Source: an uncultured Thermoplasmata archaeon (GTDB taxonomy: Archaea > Thermoplasmatota > Thermoplasmata > RBG-16-68-12). From it: DNA of 64,000 bases. Under the pieces are notes generated by a model. It ran no database searches. It saw nothing but the letters and a program-made list of their open reading frames with translations, and was not told the DNA's origin. Shown here piece after piece: positions 20,427-30,290 of the stretch; position 1 is the first letter of the stretch, and the number at the start of each line of letters is the position of its first letter. Location of the stretch: NCBI GenBank assembly GCA_963768855.1, contig CAVYJM010000006.1, positions 1,024,001-1,088,000 on the forward strand. The letters run 5' to 3'. Position numbers and translations under genes: made by a program.

Positions 20427-20843
20427 TCAAATCTGCTCTCGGCCGTAGCGCATCCGAGGATCAAGGCGACCGCACAGAATGTCGGTCTTCAAGGCAACAA
20501 CGCCCATGATCGAGGCGACTAGAAAGACCCCTAAGAGGACCGGGTAGTCGCGAGTCGTCGCAGAGTCGAACAGTAGCCTTCCCAACCCCGGCCAGGCGAA
20601 GATGACTTCGATAAGTACCGCGCCAATCAGAGAGTATCCCAACCAGAGCCCCGCGAGGGTGACGGTCGGCAGGGATGCGTTCTTCAACAAGTAGCGCGGG
20701 AATACAGACGTCTTCCTAAGTCCTGTCGCCCGGAGGGTGGTCACGAAGTCCTCGTCCAGGGTTTCGATGACGCTTGAGCGAGTCAACTGGTAGAACTGCG
20801 GCACGTAGAACGTCACCATGGAGGCGATTGGCATTACCATCTG
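20427..20843 (-). pseudogene. 3' remnant of a DppB/OppB-like permease
   Basis: QFYQLTRSSVIETLDEDFVTTLRATGL..NASLPTVTL..DPRMRYGREQI, closely parallel to the C-terminal part of 41486..42463; 5' two-thirds missing. Confidence 0.9.
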
Positions 20844-21543
20844 GCCTGTCAATGCACGTATCATGCGTGCGAGCGTGCTCTCCTTGAAGGAGCGGCAGTT
20901 CGTTCGGGTGTCCTCCCGCGTCGTGAGCATCCTGGAGCAAGTGGGACTGAGTCCCGTGGACGCGTTCATGCACAAGTACCCGACAGAGCTCAGCGGAGGC
21001 CAGCGCCAGCGGATGGCAATCGCGAGGGCCCTCGTTGTCAAACCGGACTTCGTCCTCGCGGATGAGCCCGTTTCGATGTTGGATGTCTCGGTCGCGTCCG
21101 GCATCCTCAATCTGATGCCTGATCTACGTCAGCAGTACAAGACTGCCTTCCTGTTCATCGTGCACGACCTGGCCGTCGCACGGTACATAGGCGATCGAAT
21201 CGCTATCATGCATCGTGGCAAGATCGTCGAGCTCGGATATGCAACCGACGTTGTCGGGAATCCATTTCATCCATATACCCCGCTGCTGCTCTCAGCCGTA
21301 CCTGTCACTGACGTCTTGGAGGGACGCGGGCGCGTCGAGACTTGCTCCGATGTTGTCGTCAGGGAGTATGCGGCAATTGGATGCAGATTCTAGTACCAGT
21401 GCCAATGGGTGATGGACATCTGCCGAGACGCGGTTCCGGAGTTGATGCAGCCCGAGAACGGACACACCGTAGCTTGCTACAAGTGCCCGTCCGGAGGCGT
21501 AACCGGTGACGCGGCCTCGGTCGCATCCACTCAGTCGCAGTAG
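20828..21543 (+). pseudogene. in-frame fusion remnant of DppC-like and DppF-like genes with internal TAG
   Basis: GITIWPVNARIMRASVLSLKERQFVR (DppC-like) joined to ILEQVGL..LSGGQRQR..ADEP (DppF-like, no Walker A); TAG at 21391 where the intact paralogue has Gln; homology continues to 21480. Confidence 0.9.
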
Positions 21544-21642
21544 CCGAGACCAAGTTGACAACGAGATGGCACTGAGAGAGCACTGGCATCGGTCTGCGCG
21601 TCTGTTGTCCTCAGCTCAGTGTCAACGCTGTCCAGAAACGCG

Positions 21643-22737
21643 TCAGCCTGCCGATTGTGCCATCCGAAGCAGCTTCCGTGCAGGCACGTACCGGCCCGGG
21701 TAGCCCATTGCACGGAGGGCGTCAGAAAACAGCACTGATGCTGCCTTCGATCTCCACTCCTTCTGTGCCTCGACCACGAGAACGACCACTTCATCGTTCG
21801 GCCTCAGGTCCGCGTTAGTGGTTGCTGAGCCGTCCGGCGTCATATAGCAGATGCGATCGGGAGCGAGTGCAGCGGGGCGTTGGTTCCGCAATGCAATCAT
21901 ATTCTCGTTCATCGACTTCACCCTGACATGGCATCCACGATATTCGCCTGTGCCTCGAACGTCGAGTAGTCCAAACGTGTAGCTTCCCTTGCTCTCAGTC
22001 TTGACGCGCTCCACACGTCCGCGCACAAGGATTGCCCCGCCCATTTTGCCCAGCACGGCAGGGACCGGATCCTGTTCCGACGCGACTGCTTCGCGTATGG
22101 CCCTGCCGACTTCTTGTGCTAGGGAGATGGTGCCGGAGATGCACACGCGCTTGGCAATACGGCCGCTCACTCGGTAGCAGGCAAGCCCGGCGAGCCATCC
22201 AAAATCCTCCAGCGCCGAAAGCGCGAGCCTCTCAGCCAGTGCATAACTGTCGGTTCTGATCACCACAGTCTCTCCTGGCGCGTTTCCAAGTGCCATTGGA
22301 GTAAGATGGATGCCCTCGGCAAAGAGAAGCGACTGATTGAGGTGGGGAATAGCCCGTCCCGCACCATCGGCGTCGACGAGGGTGACTGGAGCGTGGGCTG
22401 CGACGGTCATCGGAGTAAGAAAGTTGAATCCACTTGCCTCAACCGGGAGCACGTACTGAATCCGTTCTCCGATCGACTCTTCAAGGGAGGCGAAGGCGCT
22501 CTGCGCCTGCGTCGTGAACGGGATACGTAGCATGGCTTCAGGTGACCCCATGCCCGCAACAGTCACCACTGACGCCTGGTCCTGGACTCCGGAGAGTGGA
22601 GTCATCTGAATAGACTTCCTCCGGAGCCAGCCATCGGCAAGTGCTTTGGCAGCTCGGAAGGATCCACCGCCTCCAGTGCCGAGAATCGTCCCACCCAAAG
22701 CAATATCGAGGAACTCTTTGTACCCGAGCGATCTCAT
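21643..22737 (-). CDS. DUF917 family protein
   Basis: GGTILGTGGGG, AGMGSP, PVEASGFN, VDADGAGRAIP, MNENM..APDRIC. Confidence 0.85.
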   Translation of the reverse strand: MRSLGYKEFLDIALGGTILGTGGGGSFRAAKALADGWLRRKSIQMTPLSGVQDQASVVTVAGMGSPEAMLRIPFTTQAQSAFASLEESIGERIQYVLPVEASGFNFLTPMTVAAHAPVTLVDADGAGRAIPHLNQSLLFAEGIHLTPMALGNAPGETVVIRTDSYALAERLALSALEDFGWLAGLACYRVSGRIAKRVCISGTISLAQEVGRAIREAVASEQDPVPAVLGKMGGAILVRGRVERVKTESKGSYTFGLLDVRGTGEYRGCHVRVKSMNENMIALRNQRPAALAPDRICYMTPDGSATTNADLRPNDEVVVLVVEAQKEWRSKAASVLFSDALRAMGYPGRYVPARKLLRMAQSAG

Positions 22738-23029
22738 CGCGACACCTCAAGCGACTGACTCTATTTATGCCTAGGCATCCCCGTTCGCGGGCATGGGACG
22801 CCGTGGAATACATGGACGGAGCCTGACAACAGGGGGACTAGGCGGACCCTTACAGCGGAGTCTAGTCAACTCTGCCAGCACCTTATGTTGGCCACAGCTT
22901 GGCTGGACGTCGCGCTGCGCGAGCTGGTCCGCTCCCTGGGTCCGAGCCCGATGCATCAGATCTGTCATCTGAGCTTCTCCTCACCATAGCAGTTGCTTAC
23001 GGCCGAGGCCCCCGCATGAGACTCGCCGT

Positions 23030-23818
23030 CTAGAAAGACGCGACCGGGCATGCTGCCGTGATCCCCCCGTCAATCGAGAAGACTGCACCGGTGACATACG
23101 CCGACCGATCGCTTGCCAAAAACAACATCAGCTCTGCAATCTCCTCAGCCGTCCCGAGACGTTTCAGAGGATGGGAGTCTGCGAGCGCCTTTTGCAGCTT
23201 GTCTCGATCGGGAGCAGCGTCGAGCACTTGATCAAGCATCCGTGTATGCAGAGTTGAGGTTGGGGCAACTGCATTGACCCGAATGTTACGATCCCCATAT
23301 TCAATTGCGAGTGCCCTCGTCAGTTGTATGACACCACCCTTCGAGGCACAATATGCGCCGAGATTTGCAAAGCCAACGATTCCTGCATCCGAAGCTGTGT
23401 TGATGATCACCCCCCCGTTCGCACTCAGAAAGTGAGGTATCACATGCTTCGACATCAGGAAAGCTCCCTTGAGATTCGTGTCAATGATGTCGTCCCAAAG
23501 AGCCTCGGATGTCTCGATGATCTTTGCGACCCTCGCGATGCCGGCGTTGTTCACGAGAATGTCTATCCCCTTGAAGGCCTTCAGAGTCTCATCGACGGCG
23601 TGCTTCACTTGGGCCTCATTCCTGACATCTGTCTCAATAAAGAGCGCCTTGCCCCCCGTCCGTTCAACCATGTCTACCGTCTCTCGGCTCCAAGCAGGAT
23701 CCAAGTCGATTACCGCAATCGATGCTCCCTCCTTCGCGAAGCGAAGTGCCGTCGCACGTCCGATGCCTGATGCCGCCCCCGTGATTGCCGCGGTCCGGCC
23801 TGAGAGCTCCATGAACAC
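23030..23818 (-). CDS. short-chain dehydrogenase/reductase
   Basis: TGAASGIG, NNAG, YCASK, NAVAP; Asp after beta2 suggests NAD preference. Confidence 0.93.
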   Translation of the reverse strand: MFMELSGRTAAITGAASGIGRATALRFAKEGASIAVIDLDPAWSRETVDMVERTGGKALFIETDVRNEAQVKHAVDETLKAFKGIDILVNNAGIARVAKIIETSEALWDDIIDTNLKGAFLMSKHVIPHFLSANGGVIINTASDAGIVGFANLGAYCASKGGVIQLTRALAIEYGDRNIRVNAVAPTSTLHTRMLDQVLDAAPDRDKLQKALADSHPLKRLGTAEEIAELMLFLASDRSAYVTGAVFSIDGGITAACPVASF

Positions 23819-23946
23819 CGATCAGGCATCGTCGGCTGAGTACAAAACTGTTTTCAGAAAGTCCTTGTTCCGAGAGCTGGAGCCGCGACAGGACTCGCCT
23901 CGAGCCACACGGATTCGTTAAATATGTTCATTCTGATTACTTCTCC

Positions 23947-24972
23947 ATGTCACGTAGGCGCTTGAAACTCTCGTCCCTTGGTGGAGTGCCGATGAGACCC
24001 GCATGGCGAACAACTGGGGTCATCAAGGTCGCGGAGCACCCGGACGGCTCCGCGGAGACCATTCCTTTCGTAGTTGTCACAGGAGCCGCGGAAGGTCCGT
24101 CTCTCTGGATAACGGCGTGTGAACACGGCGACGAGGTACTTAGCGCGAGTGCTGTCGTAGAGTTCATGAGCCGGCTCGATCCCAACGAGGTCAAGGGTCA
24201 GGTTGTCGCCTTGCCCGTCCTTGACAGCACGGCATTCAACATCAAGCGGCGGTTCAGTCCTATCGACAGCTATGACTTCAGTAGGGCGTGGCCAGGCTTC
24301 AAAAACGGTTGGTTGGCGCAGCAGGTTGCCGTTAGGATGTTCGAGCTTCTGAAGGCTCATGCTGACTTCGTGATCGATGTTCACAACGGAATGCCTGGAA
24401 TCTCTGAAGTGGCTCCGTACATGATTGCAGGCTACGAGAGGAGGGAGCAGTGGGAATCTACGATCAAAGGTTTTGCCGAATCCTTTCTCTTCGAGAAGAT
24501 TATCCACTGGGTCGGAACGTCCACTGAACGAGGAGCGCGGACATCAACGATGATGGCGGCGCTCGTCAAAGAGGGGATTCCATCGTTCGTGCCTGAAATC
24601 GGACCCGATACCAACACGGGCACCAAGGTCGCACTTCGAGGCTTCGAGAACTCAATGAAGTACCTCGGAATGCTTGAGGGCGAGCCCAAGAGGTTGCCCA
24701 ATTACATGGCCTTCCCTGATGTGATTCACGTCTTCTCGACGAGGGGCGGTCTATTCAAATCGCACGTGAGCCTTGAGGACGAAGTCAAGGAAGGGCAAAA
24801 GCTAGCTTCAATCCGTAACTTCACTGGCGAGATCACTGAAGAGCTGGTGAGCCCAGCGGCAGGTATTGTCATCGCTATCTGGGTACTCCCGATGATAGGA
24901 TCAGGTGATTTCTCCGCGTACGAGATTGCGACATTCGACGAATTCAGGAAGCCTTGGCCTGGCGAACGATAG
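23947..24972 (+). CDS. AstE/AspA family (M14) deacylase, paralogue 1
   Basis: CEHGDE zinc motif, DFSRAWPG, DVHNG, VPEIG, C-terminal biotinyl-like domain. Confidence 0.9.
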   Translation: MSRRRLKLSSLGGVPMRPAWRTTGVIKVAEHPDGSAETIPFVVVTGAAEGPSLWITACEHGDEVLSASAVVEFMSRLDPNEVKGQVVALPVLDSTAFNIKRRFSPIDSYDFSRAWPGFKNGWLAQQVAVRMFELLKAHADFVIDVHNGMPGISEVAPYMIAGYERREQWESTIKGFAESFLFEKIIHWVGTSTERGARTSTMMAALVKEGIPSFVPEIGPDTNTGTKVALRGFENSMKYLGMLEGEPKRLPNYMAFPDVIHVFSTRGGLFKSHVSLEDEVKEGQKLASIRNFTGEITEELVSPAAGIVIAIWVLPMIGSGDFSAYEIATFDEFRKPWPGER

Positions 24973-25127
24973 CGATGTCGGCTATCCTACGTTGACAACC
25001 CTCTCCGAAATATCCGTAAGCGTGGTGCGTGAGGTCCAGCGGGTCGCATGACGTCGTTCGATTGGCATGCGCCCGCTCCGAGGTATTATCCCTGACAAGC
25101 CGCTACTCCCACCGAGGTGGTGTATTC

Positions 25128-26375
25128 ATGGAACGGATCGATGCGGATGTACTCATCCCGGGACGTGGGGATGTGGTGAAGAACGGTTGCGTGGTTTTGG
25201 ATGGGAAAGCAATTGCCTACTCAGGTCCCATCGAAAGCGCTCCCAACACCCCCGCCGACACCATAGTCCACAACGTGCCCGTCATCATGCCGGGGATGTG
25301 GGATTGCCATGCGCATTTCATGGGGCTGAAAACCGCGGATCTCAGCGAAGCCGCCAGGAGCTCGCCGCAGGTGACGGTTGTGCGAGCTGCCAAAGACGCA
25401 GAGCTCGCGCTACGGGCGGGCTTTACGAGTGTTCGCGAGGCTGGCGGGTATGGAGTCTTCCTTGCCCGCTCCGTGGAAGAGGGGACGCTGAAAGGGCCCC
25501 ACATTTATGGATCTGGGGCTATCCTCAGCGCCACCGGCGGTCACGGGGATCTCCACTCATATCCACTGGATTGGGTGCTCTCCATGGCCTCTTCGGTGGG
25601 CTTCCTCGGCCTCTGCGATGGAGTCGATCAATGCTTCAAGGCCACCCGAAGCCAGCTTCGGCTAGGCGCGCGAGTAATCAAAGTCTGTGCCTCTGGAGGC
25701 GTTCTCAGCACCTTTGACAGCCCCGTTCATCAGCAGTTCACGGACGCCGAACTGAGGGCAATCGTAGAAGCTGCGGGCATGGCGGACCGCATCGTCATGG
25801 CTCATTGCCATGGAAAGGCTGGCATTATGGCCGCTTTGAACGCAGGATGCCATTCCATTGAGCACGGCTCTTACCTCGATGACGAAGCAGCGGAGTTGAT
25901 GGTCCTCAGGAAGGCGATACTGGTTCCTACGCGGTTCATTATCAATCGCCTCCGCGACTTCGCTGAGGTGGCTAAGTTGTCAGACGTATCCTGTCGCAAG
26001 CTCGATCTCCTCGCGGATCATCACAAGGAGGCAATGCGGCTTGCCGTAAGGAAGGGGGTGCGAATCGCCCTGGGGACGGACATCCAGACCTCCGGCATGG
26101 ATACGGCAGTTCCCTGGGGTATGAACGCCTCGGAACTCCGATGCCTCGCCGAGGCGGGCATGACCTCCCTCCAGGCGCTCGAGGCTGCAACGGCCACGGG
26201 GCCGCTCACCTTGGGGCCACAGGCCCCGAAGTCGGGCCAGCTCAAGGAAGGCTACGACGCGGACATACTCGCAGTCGTGAAGAACCCTCTCCAAGACCTC
26301 TCCGTGCTGACGAACCCGGCTAACATTACGGAGATTTGGAAGTCCGGGGCCCTCGTAAAGGATCTGTCCGGGTGA
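25128..26375 (+). CDS. metal-dependent amidohydrolase, prolidase/ochratoxinase-like subgroup
   Basis: PGMWDCHAH, IKVCASGG, AHCHG, IEHG, ALGTD; GAGGTG SD before ATG 25128. Confidence 0.9.
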   Translation: MERIDADVLIPGRGDVVKNGCVVLDGKAIAYSGPIESAPNTPADTIVHNVPVIMPGMWDCHAHFMGLKTADLSEAARSSPQVTVVRAAKDAELALRAGFTSVREAGGYGVFLARSVEEGTLKGPHIYGSGAILSATGGHGDLHSYPLDWVLSMASSVGFLGLCDGVDQCFKATRSQLRLGARVIKVCASGGVLSTFDSPVHQQFTDAELRAIVEAAGMADRIVMAHCHGKAGIMAALNAGCHSIEHGSYLDDEAAELMVLRKAILVPTRFIINRLRDFAEVAKLSDVSCRKLDLLADHHKEAMRLAVRKGVRIALGTDIQTSGMDTAVPWGMNASELRCLAEAGMTSLQALEAATATGPLTLGPQAPKSGQLKEGYDADILAVVKNPLQDLSVLTNPANITEIWKSGALVKDLSG

Positions 26376-26870
26376 GTTCGAGGATCTGAATCTTCTCGAA
26401 CAAAGCTCCTTTGTGTGGGAGGCCACGCGCGCGAAACCCAATGTCAACCGCTTCTCAGGCGACTGACTCCGATTTGCTCGGGAACATGTGCCAGCGATGG
26501 GGAACGAGCACGTACGGGAGACCGTTGGGAGGAATTGAATGCACAGCTCGTGCCCGGCTCGCCTTACTTGTGCGCTCGGTCGAGGCCGTCTACAGGCGCT
26601 CCGTCCGATTAGGGGGTGGACGCCACTGGGCCGAAAGGACCGCCGGCGCATGACATCAAGTCCGTGAAGACAACGCCGAGGCAGATACACTTCCACCTCG
26701 CACGTGATGGGCAATAGAAGCAGTCTGGGGAATTCCTTCCGTGGGCTTCGGGCGGCTAGCCGTATGGAGGACAATGACGCCGATGCTTTTCCACAAATCG
26801 GGGCGCTGGACCCTCAGTCGAGCGCAGGATTCGTCAAGCAGAAAGTAGAAGCCCTCGCTCGGCCGGGAGT

Positions 26871-27785
26871 TTAGGCGCCGCCTCGCTTCTTCGCTCGCTT
26901 CTCCTTTTCCTTGGGCCACCCCTCGACAGCCCGGGCCGTCGCGAGGGTGTCCTTCTGCGTGCGGTAGACCGCTATGTCGATCATCTGCCCTCTAAGGGGA
27001 ACCGAAGCTTCCCCTCTTTCTATCCCCTCCTCGAAAATCTTGACGACTTCCTTGGCGTAAGCGATTTGAGCTTGAGTCGGTGCGTATATCTCATGCGCGG
27101 GTTCGACCTGTGATGGATGTATCAACATCCTTCCCTCAAAGCCAAGCTGCCGCCCCGTCCGCGAATCCCTGGCAAATCCTTCTTCGTCTCTGAAAGCAGG
27201 ATAAGGTGGGTCTATCGCTATGCATCCGGCGGCCCTGGCAGCTATGGCAGTCCAAGAACGGGCGACCAAGATTTCGCCGCCCTCCTTGGTGAGTGTGACA
27301 CGCATGTCGCGGGTGTAGTCCACGGCTCCGAACACGAGCGAATTGACTCGTTTGCTGCCGAGAGCTGACTCGTATGCGTTGACAACCCCCTTAGCTGTTT
27401 CAATCAGACACTGGATGGCAATGCTGCCTGGCTCCAGACCGTGTGCTTCTTCCAGCTTTGCCAGCCTGTCGTCGAGCTTTGCGGTGTCGTCCTTCGACTC
27501 CGTCTTGGAGAGAACGACGCCATCGAGCCCATCTTGGACTGTGGCTTCGAGATCGGTATCTGTCAGACCAGTCCTCCAGTCATTAACCCTGGCGTAGACG
27601 TAGGCCCCACTCTTCGCCAGGTTCGGAATCGAGTCGTGGACTAGGAACCTCGCTGTCTCCTTCTCGTTAGGCGGTACCGAGTCCTCCAGATCAAGGACGA
27701 ACACATCTGCGGACAGTGTCGGCAGCTTCTCGATCATCCTAAGGTTGTTGCCCGGTGTGTACAAAACTGATCTCATGACGACCAA
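26871..27785 (-). CDS. CitE/HpcH family acyl-CoA lyase (citryl/malyl-CoA lyase-like)
   Basis: RSVLYTPGN, LDLEDSV, ARVN, IETAKG, FGAVDY, GFEGRMLIHPSQV. Confidence 0.92.
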   Translation of the reverse strand: MVVMRSVLYTPGNNLRMIEKLPTLSADVFVLDLEDSVPPNEKETARFLVHDSIPNLAKSGAYVYARVNDWRTGLTDTDLEATVQDGLDGVVLSKTESKDDTAKLDDRLAKLEEAHGLEPGSIAIQCLIETAKGVVNAYESALGSKRVNSLVFGAVDYTRDMRVTLTKEGGEILVARSWTAIAARAAGCIAIDPPYPAFRDEEGFARDSRTGRQLGFEGRMLIHPSQVEPAHEIYAPTQAQIAYAKEVVKIFEEGIERGEASVPLRGQMIDIAVYRTQKDTLATARAVEGWPKEKEKRAKKRGGA

Positions 27786-27819
27786 GCTGTCTCACCTTTC
27801 CCGAAAGCGAGCTCCCGGC

Positions 27820-28734
27820 CTAATATGTTTGTTGCCTCGACTCGCTCAGGATCTCCGCGACCCTTGTAGGAATCTCAGCTGGCTTCTCGACGACGTAGGC
27901 TCCTGCGTCTTTGAGGGCTTCTATCTTGCTCTTGGCCGATCCCTTTCCGTGCTCTACAATGCTGCTGGCGTGCGAGAAGCGCATCCCTTCAGGGGCCCAG
28001 GCTCCCGCAATATATGCTACCAGTGGCTTCGTGAAGTGACCCTTCTTTATCTCCTCGGCGGCTTCTTCTTCGGTAGTTCCTCCGAGTTCGCCGAACATTG
28101 CCACGGCCTTTGTCTGTTCGTCAGCCTCAAAGAGAGGGAGTAGGTCCCCAAAGGACGTGCCTATGATTGGCTCTGTCCCCTCATGGACGAGCGTGCTGCA
28201 GCCATAACCTGCGCGCTTGATGATCCACGGCAAGGTACCGGACTGCCCTCCACTTCGGGACAGAATCCCAATTGGGCCTGGCTGGAAAACCTGAGCTGCC
28301 CTCTCAACCGAGCTTCCAACCCAACCCAGCACAGCCTTCCCAGGAGTCATCACCCCAATGGTCCCCGGTCCTACGATCCGAGCTCCTCTCCGTTTTGCAG
28401 TCGCCACCATCAACATTATGTCGTGCAGCGGAACGCGCTCGACCGGCGATACGATTAACTTTATCCCTGCGTCTATCGCCTCGAGCACCGCGTCTTTCAA
28501 GAGTGGTCCGGGGACGAACGTGACGGTTGCCTCGACGGGCCCGTACTTCCCAACAGCCTCTTGCACCGTATCACAGACCGGGACGCCGGCAGCCACCGTT
28601 CCTCCTCGACCAGGTGTGACACCCGCTAGGATCTTCGTGCCGTATTCTCTCATATACCTCGTATAGGTCTCGCCGGCCCGTCCAGTAACCCCTTGGACTA
28701 TGGCCGTGGTTCTCTCATCAATGAGGATCCCCAC
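27820..28734 (-). CDS. ADP-forming acyl-CoA ligase alpha subunit (SucD-like)
   Basis: VQGVTG, AGVTPGRGG, VGPGT.G, LSRSGG, GELGG, FSHAS phospho-His. Confidence 0.9.
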   Translation of the reverse strand: MGILIDERTTAIVQGVTGRAGETYTRYMREYGTKILAGVTPGRGGTVAAGVPVCDTVQEAVGKYGPVEATVTFVPGPLLKDAVLEAIDAGIKLIVSPVERVPLHDIMLMVATAKRRGARIVGPGTIGVMTPGKAVLGWVGSSVERAAQVFQPGPIGILSRSGGQSGTLPWIIKRAGYGCSTLVHEGTEPIIGTSFGDLLPLFEADEQTKAVAMFGELGGTTEEEAAEEIKKGHFTKPLVAYIAGAWAPEGMRFSHASSIVEHGKGSAKSKIEALKDAGAYVVEKPAEIPTRVAEILSESRQQTY

Positions 28735-28737
28735 ACT

Positions 28738-29031
28738 TCATCCCCTGACATTGGACAGCGACTCCCTGTACTTGCTCAATTCCGGCATCGGAACAACTAT
28801 CCTGATGGCGCTTAACCCTCGGAGCCGGCACTCATATTCACATGCGAGGCACTCTGTTCCCTGCCTTTCTGTCTCTCCCGAGGACACCACGACCGTGGGC
28901 TTTCCCGCTTGGAGCCTCAGGATACCGCGACTGTAGCGACTACAGGCCTTGATGCATGCCTTTGTTCGGCAGTCTGTGCATCTGGTGTCGTCGATGAATA
29001 TAGTTATCGTTCTTTCATTGAATGCTGTCAT
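28738..29031 (-). CDS. ferredoxin-like Fe-S protein
   Basis: CTDCRTKACIKAC and ECLACEYEC Cys motifs; 4-nt overlap with the SucC-like gene. Confidence 0.8.
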   Translation of the reverse strand: MTAFNERTITIFIDDTRCTDCRTKACIKACSRYSRGILRLQAGKPTVVVSSGETERQGTECLACEYECRLRGLSAIRIVVPMPELSKYRESLSNVRG

Positions 29032-30290
29032 GCGCGCAACCCCCTCTGCTTTCTGTACTCATCCACGAGTGCTCGCATCCTGTCGGCAATGAAGTCAGGG
29101 TTGAAGACGTAGTCGCTTCCGTAGATTTCAAGGCGTATAGGCAGGCCCGCAAGACCCTCTTGCAGAATGGAGTGAGACTCCTTCTCCCGGTTTCCACAAA
29201 TCAGAAGTACCACCGGGAAGCCGGTTTTGTCGATGAGGTCCTCCCTGAACGCCTTCACAAGCGCATGGGCGTGGTGCCACTGCTCTTGGTTGGCCACGAT
29301 GAAACCTCCTAGCAGATATCCCTCGATTCCAGGTTGTGCAAGAATCGTTTTGGCCAAACGGTACACCTTGGACGCAGTGGGGTCACCGCTTGAGTCGGAG
29401 TAGTTGGCGATCCTCAGCCCTCTTCTGTTCAGGGCGTCGACGCCGAGGATGGCTCCGCCGCCGCCGATACCGTGGTAGCCAACATACCCCGGCTCCTCAA
29501 TTTTGGAGACCATTTGTGAGAAATATGCATTGCCCCTGTAGTCACCCTCCTCTATCATCCAGGCGGCCACTTCCAAGGGAGTTGGCTCTCTCTGGAATTC
29601 CCTGGCTACTCGTATCCCGAGTTCTGGATGGCGGAATATGGCTGAATCATCAACGACAACACGACAGTCTGCCGCGACTATGTTCCCATCCGTCGTAAAG
29701 ACCAACGGATTTACCTCCGCCGACCGAGCCTCGTACTTTATGAAGAGTTCGTAGATTCCGCAGACAACGACACTTAAGGGGGCCAGAAGATGTCTCGGAG
29801 CTCCTGCGCTTGAAACGAGTTCGATGGCTTCGGATGACGTAACGCCACGGGGGAAGTCAACGATCAGGCGGGCTACTCTCTCAGGCGACTCCTTTGCGAC
29901 CTCCTCAATGTCGACCCCTCCCCGAGTACTGAACATGATCACTGGACCTCTTATCGCTCGAGAAGTGTCGACGATAACCCCAACGTAGAACTCCGTGTCT
30001 ATGTCAAGCCTCTCCTCGACCAGTACCCTTTCCACCCTTACCCCTTTGATTTCAGCGCCTAGAAGCTCCTTTGAAACCGCCTCCGCCTCGTCGGGGCTGT
30101 TTGCAGGCTTGATTCCACCGGCTTTGAAGCGACCGGTTGCCCAGATCTGCGCCTTGATCATCACCGGTTTCCCAATCTCGGTGGCGATGCTTTTCGCTTC
30201 GGCGGATGTGGAGGCGACCTTGCCGGACGGCACGGGAATCTTGACGTCGCGCAGCAACTGCTTTCCCTGGTACTCATGCAATCTTACCAT
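29028..30290 (-). CDS. ADP-forming acyl-CoA ligase beta subunit (SucC-like, divergent)
   Basis: RLHEYQGK, IKAQI..GRFKAGG, VLVEE, GGVDIEE, EVNPL; acid-binding loop reads GIGGGG rather than GNGAG. Confidence 0.9.
   Translation of the reverse strand: MVRLHEYQGKQLLRDVKIPVPSGKVASTSAEAKSIATEIGKPVMIKAQIWATGRFKAGGIKPANSPDEAEAVSKELLGAEIKGVRVERVLVEERLDIDTEFYVGVIVDTSRAIRGPVIMFSTRGGVDIEEVAKESPERVARLIVDFPRGVTSSEAIELVSSAGAPRHLLAPLSVVVCGIYELFIKYEARSAEVNPLVFTTDGNIVAADCRVVVDDSAIFRHPELGIRVAREFQREPTPLEVAAWMIEEGDYRGNAYFSQMVSKIEEPGYVGYHGIGGGGAILGVDALNRRGLRIANYSDSSGDPTASKVYRLAKTILAQPGIEGYLLGGFIVANQEQWHHAHALVKAFREDLIDKTGFPVVLLICGNREKESHSILQEGLAGLPIRLEIYGSDYVFNPDFIADRMRALVDEYRKQRGLRA

Noticed and set aside
21391-21393. 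In-frame TAG in the dppF-like remnant as possible pyrrolysine readthrough
   Set aside because: Aligns with Gln (CAG to TAG) in a fragment already lacking Walker A; no pyl genes in the window
26376-26870. Long island intergenic gaps (also 30291-30896, 33154-33739, 34900-35490) with short ORFs
   Set aside because: No recognisable motifs, start signals or consistent frame; may be eroded genes but unsupported
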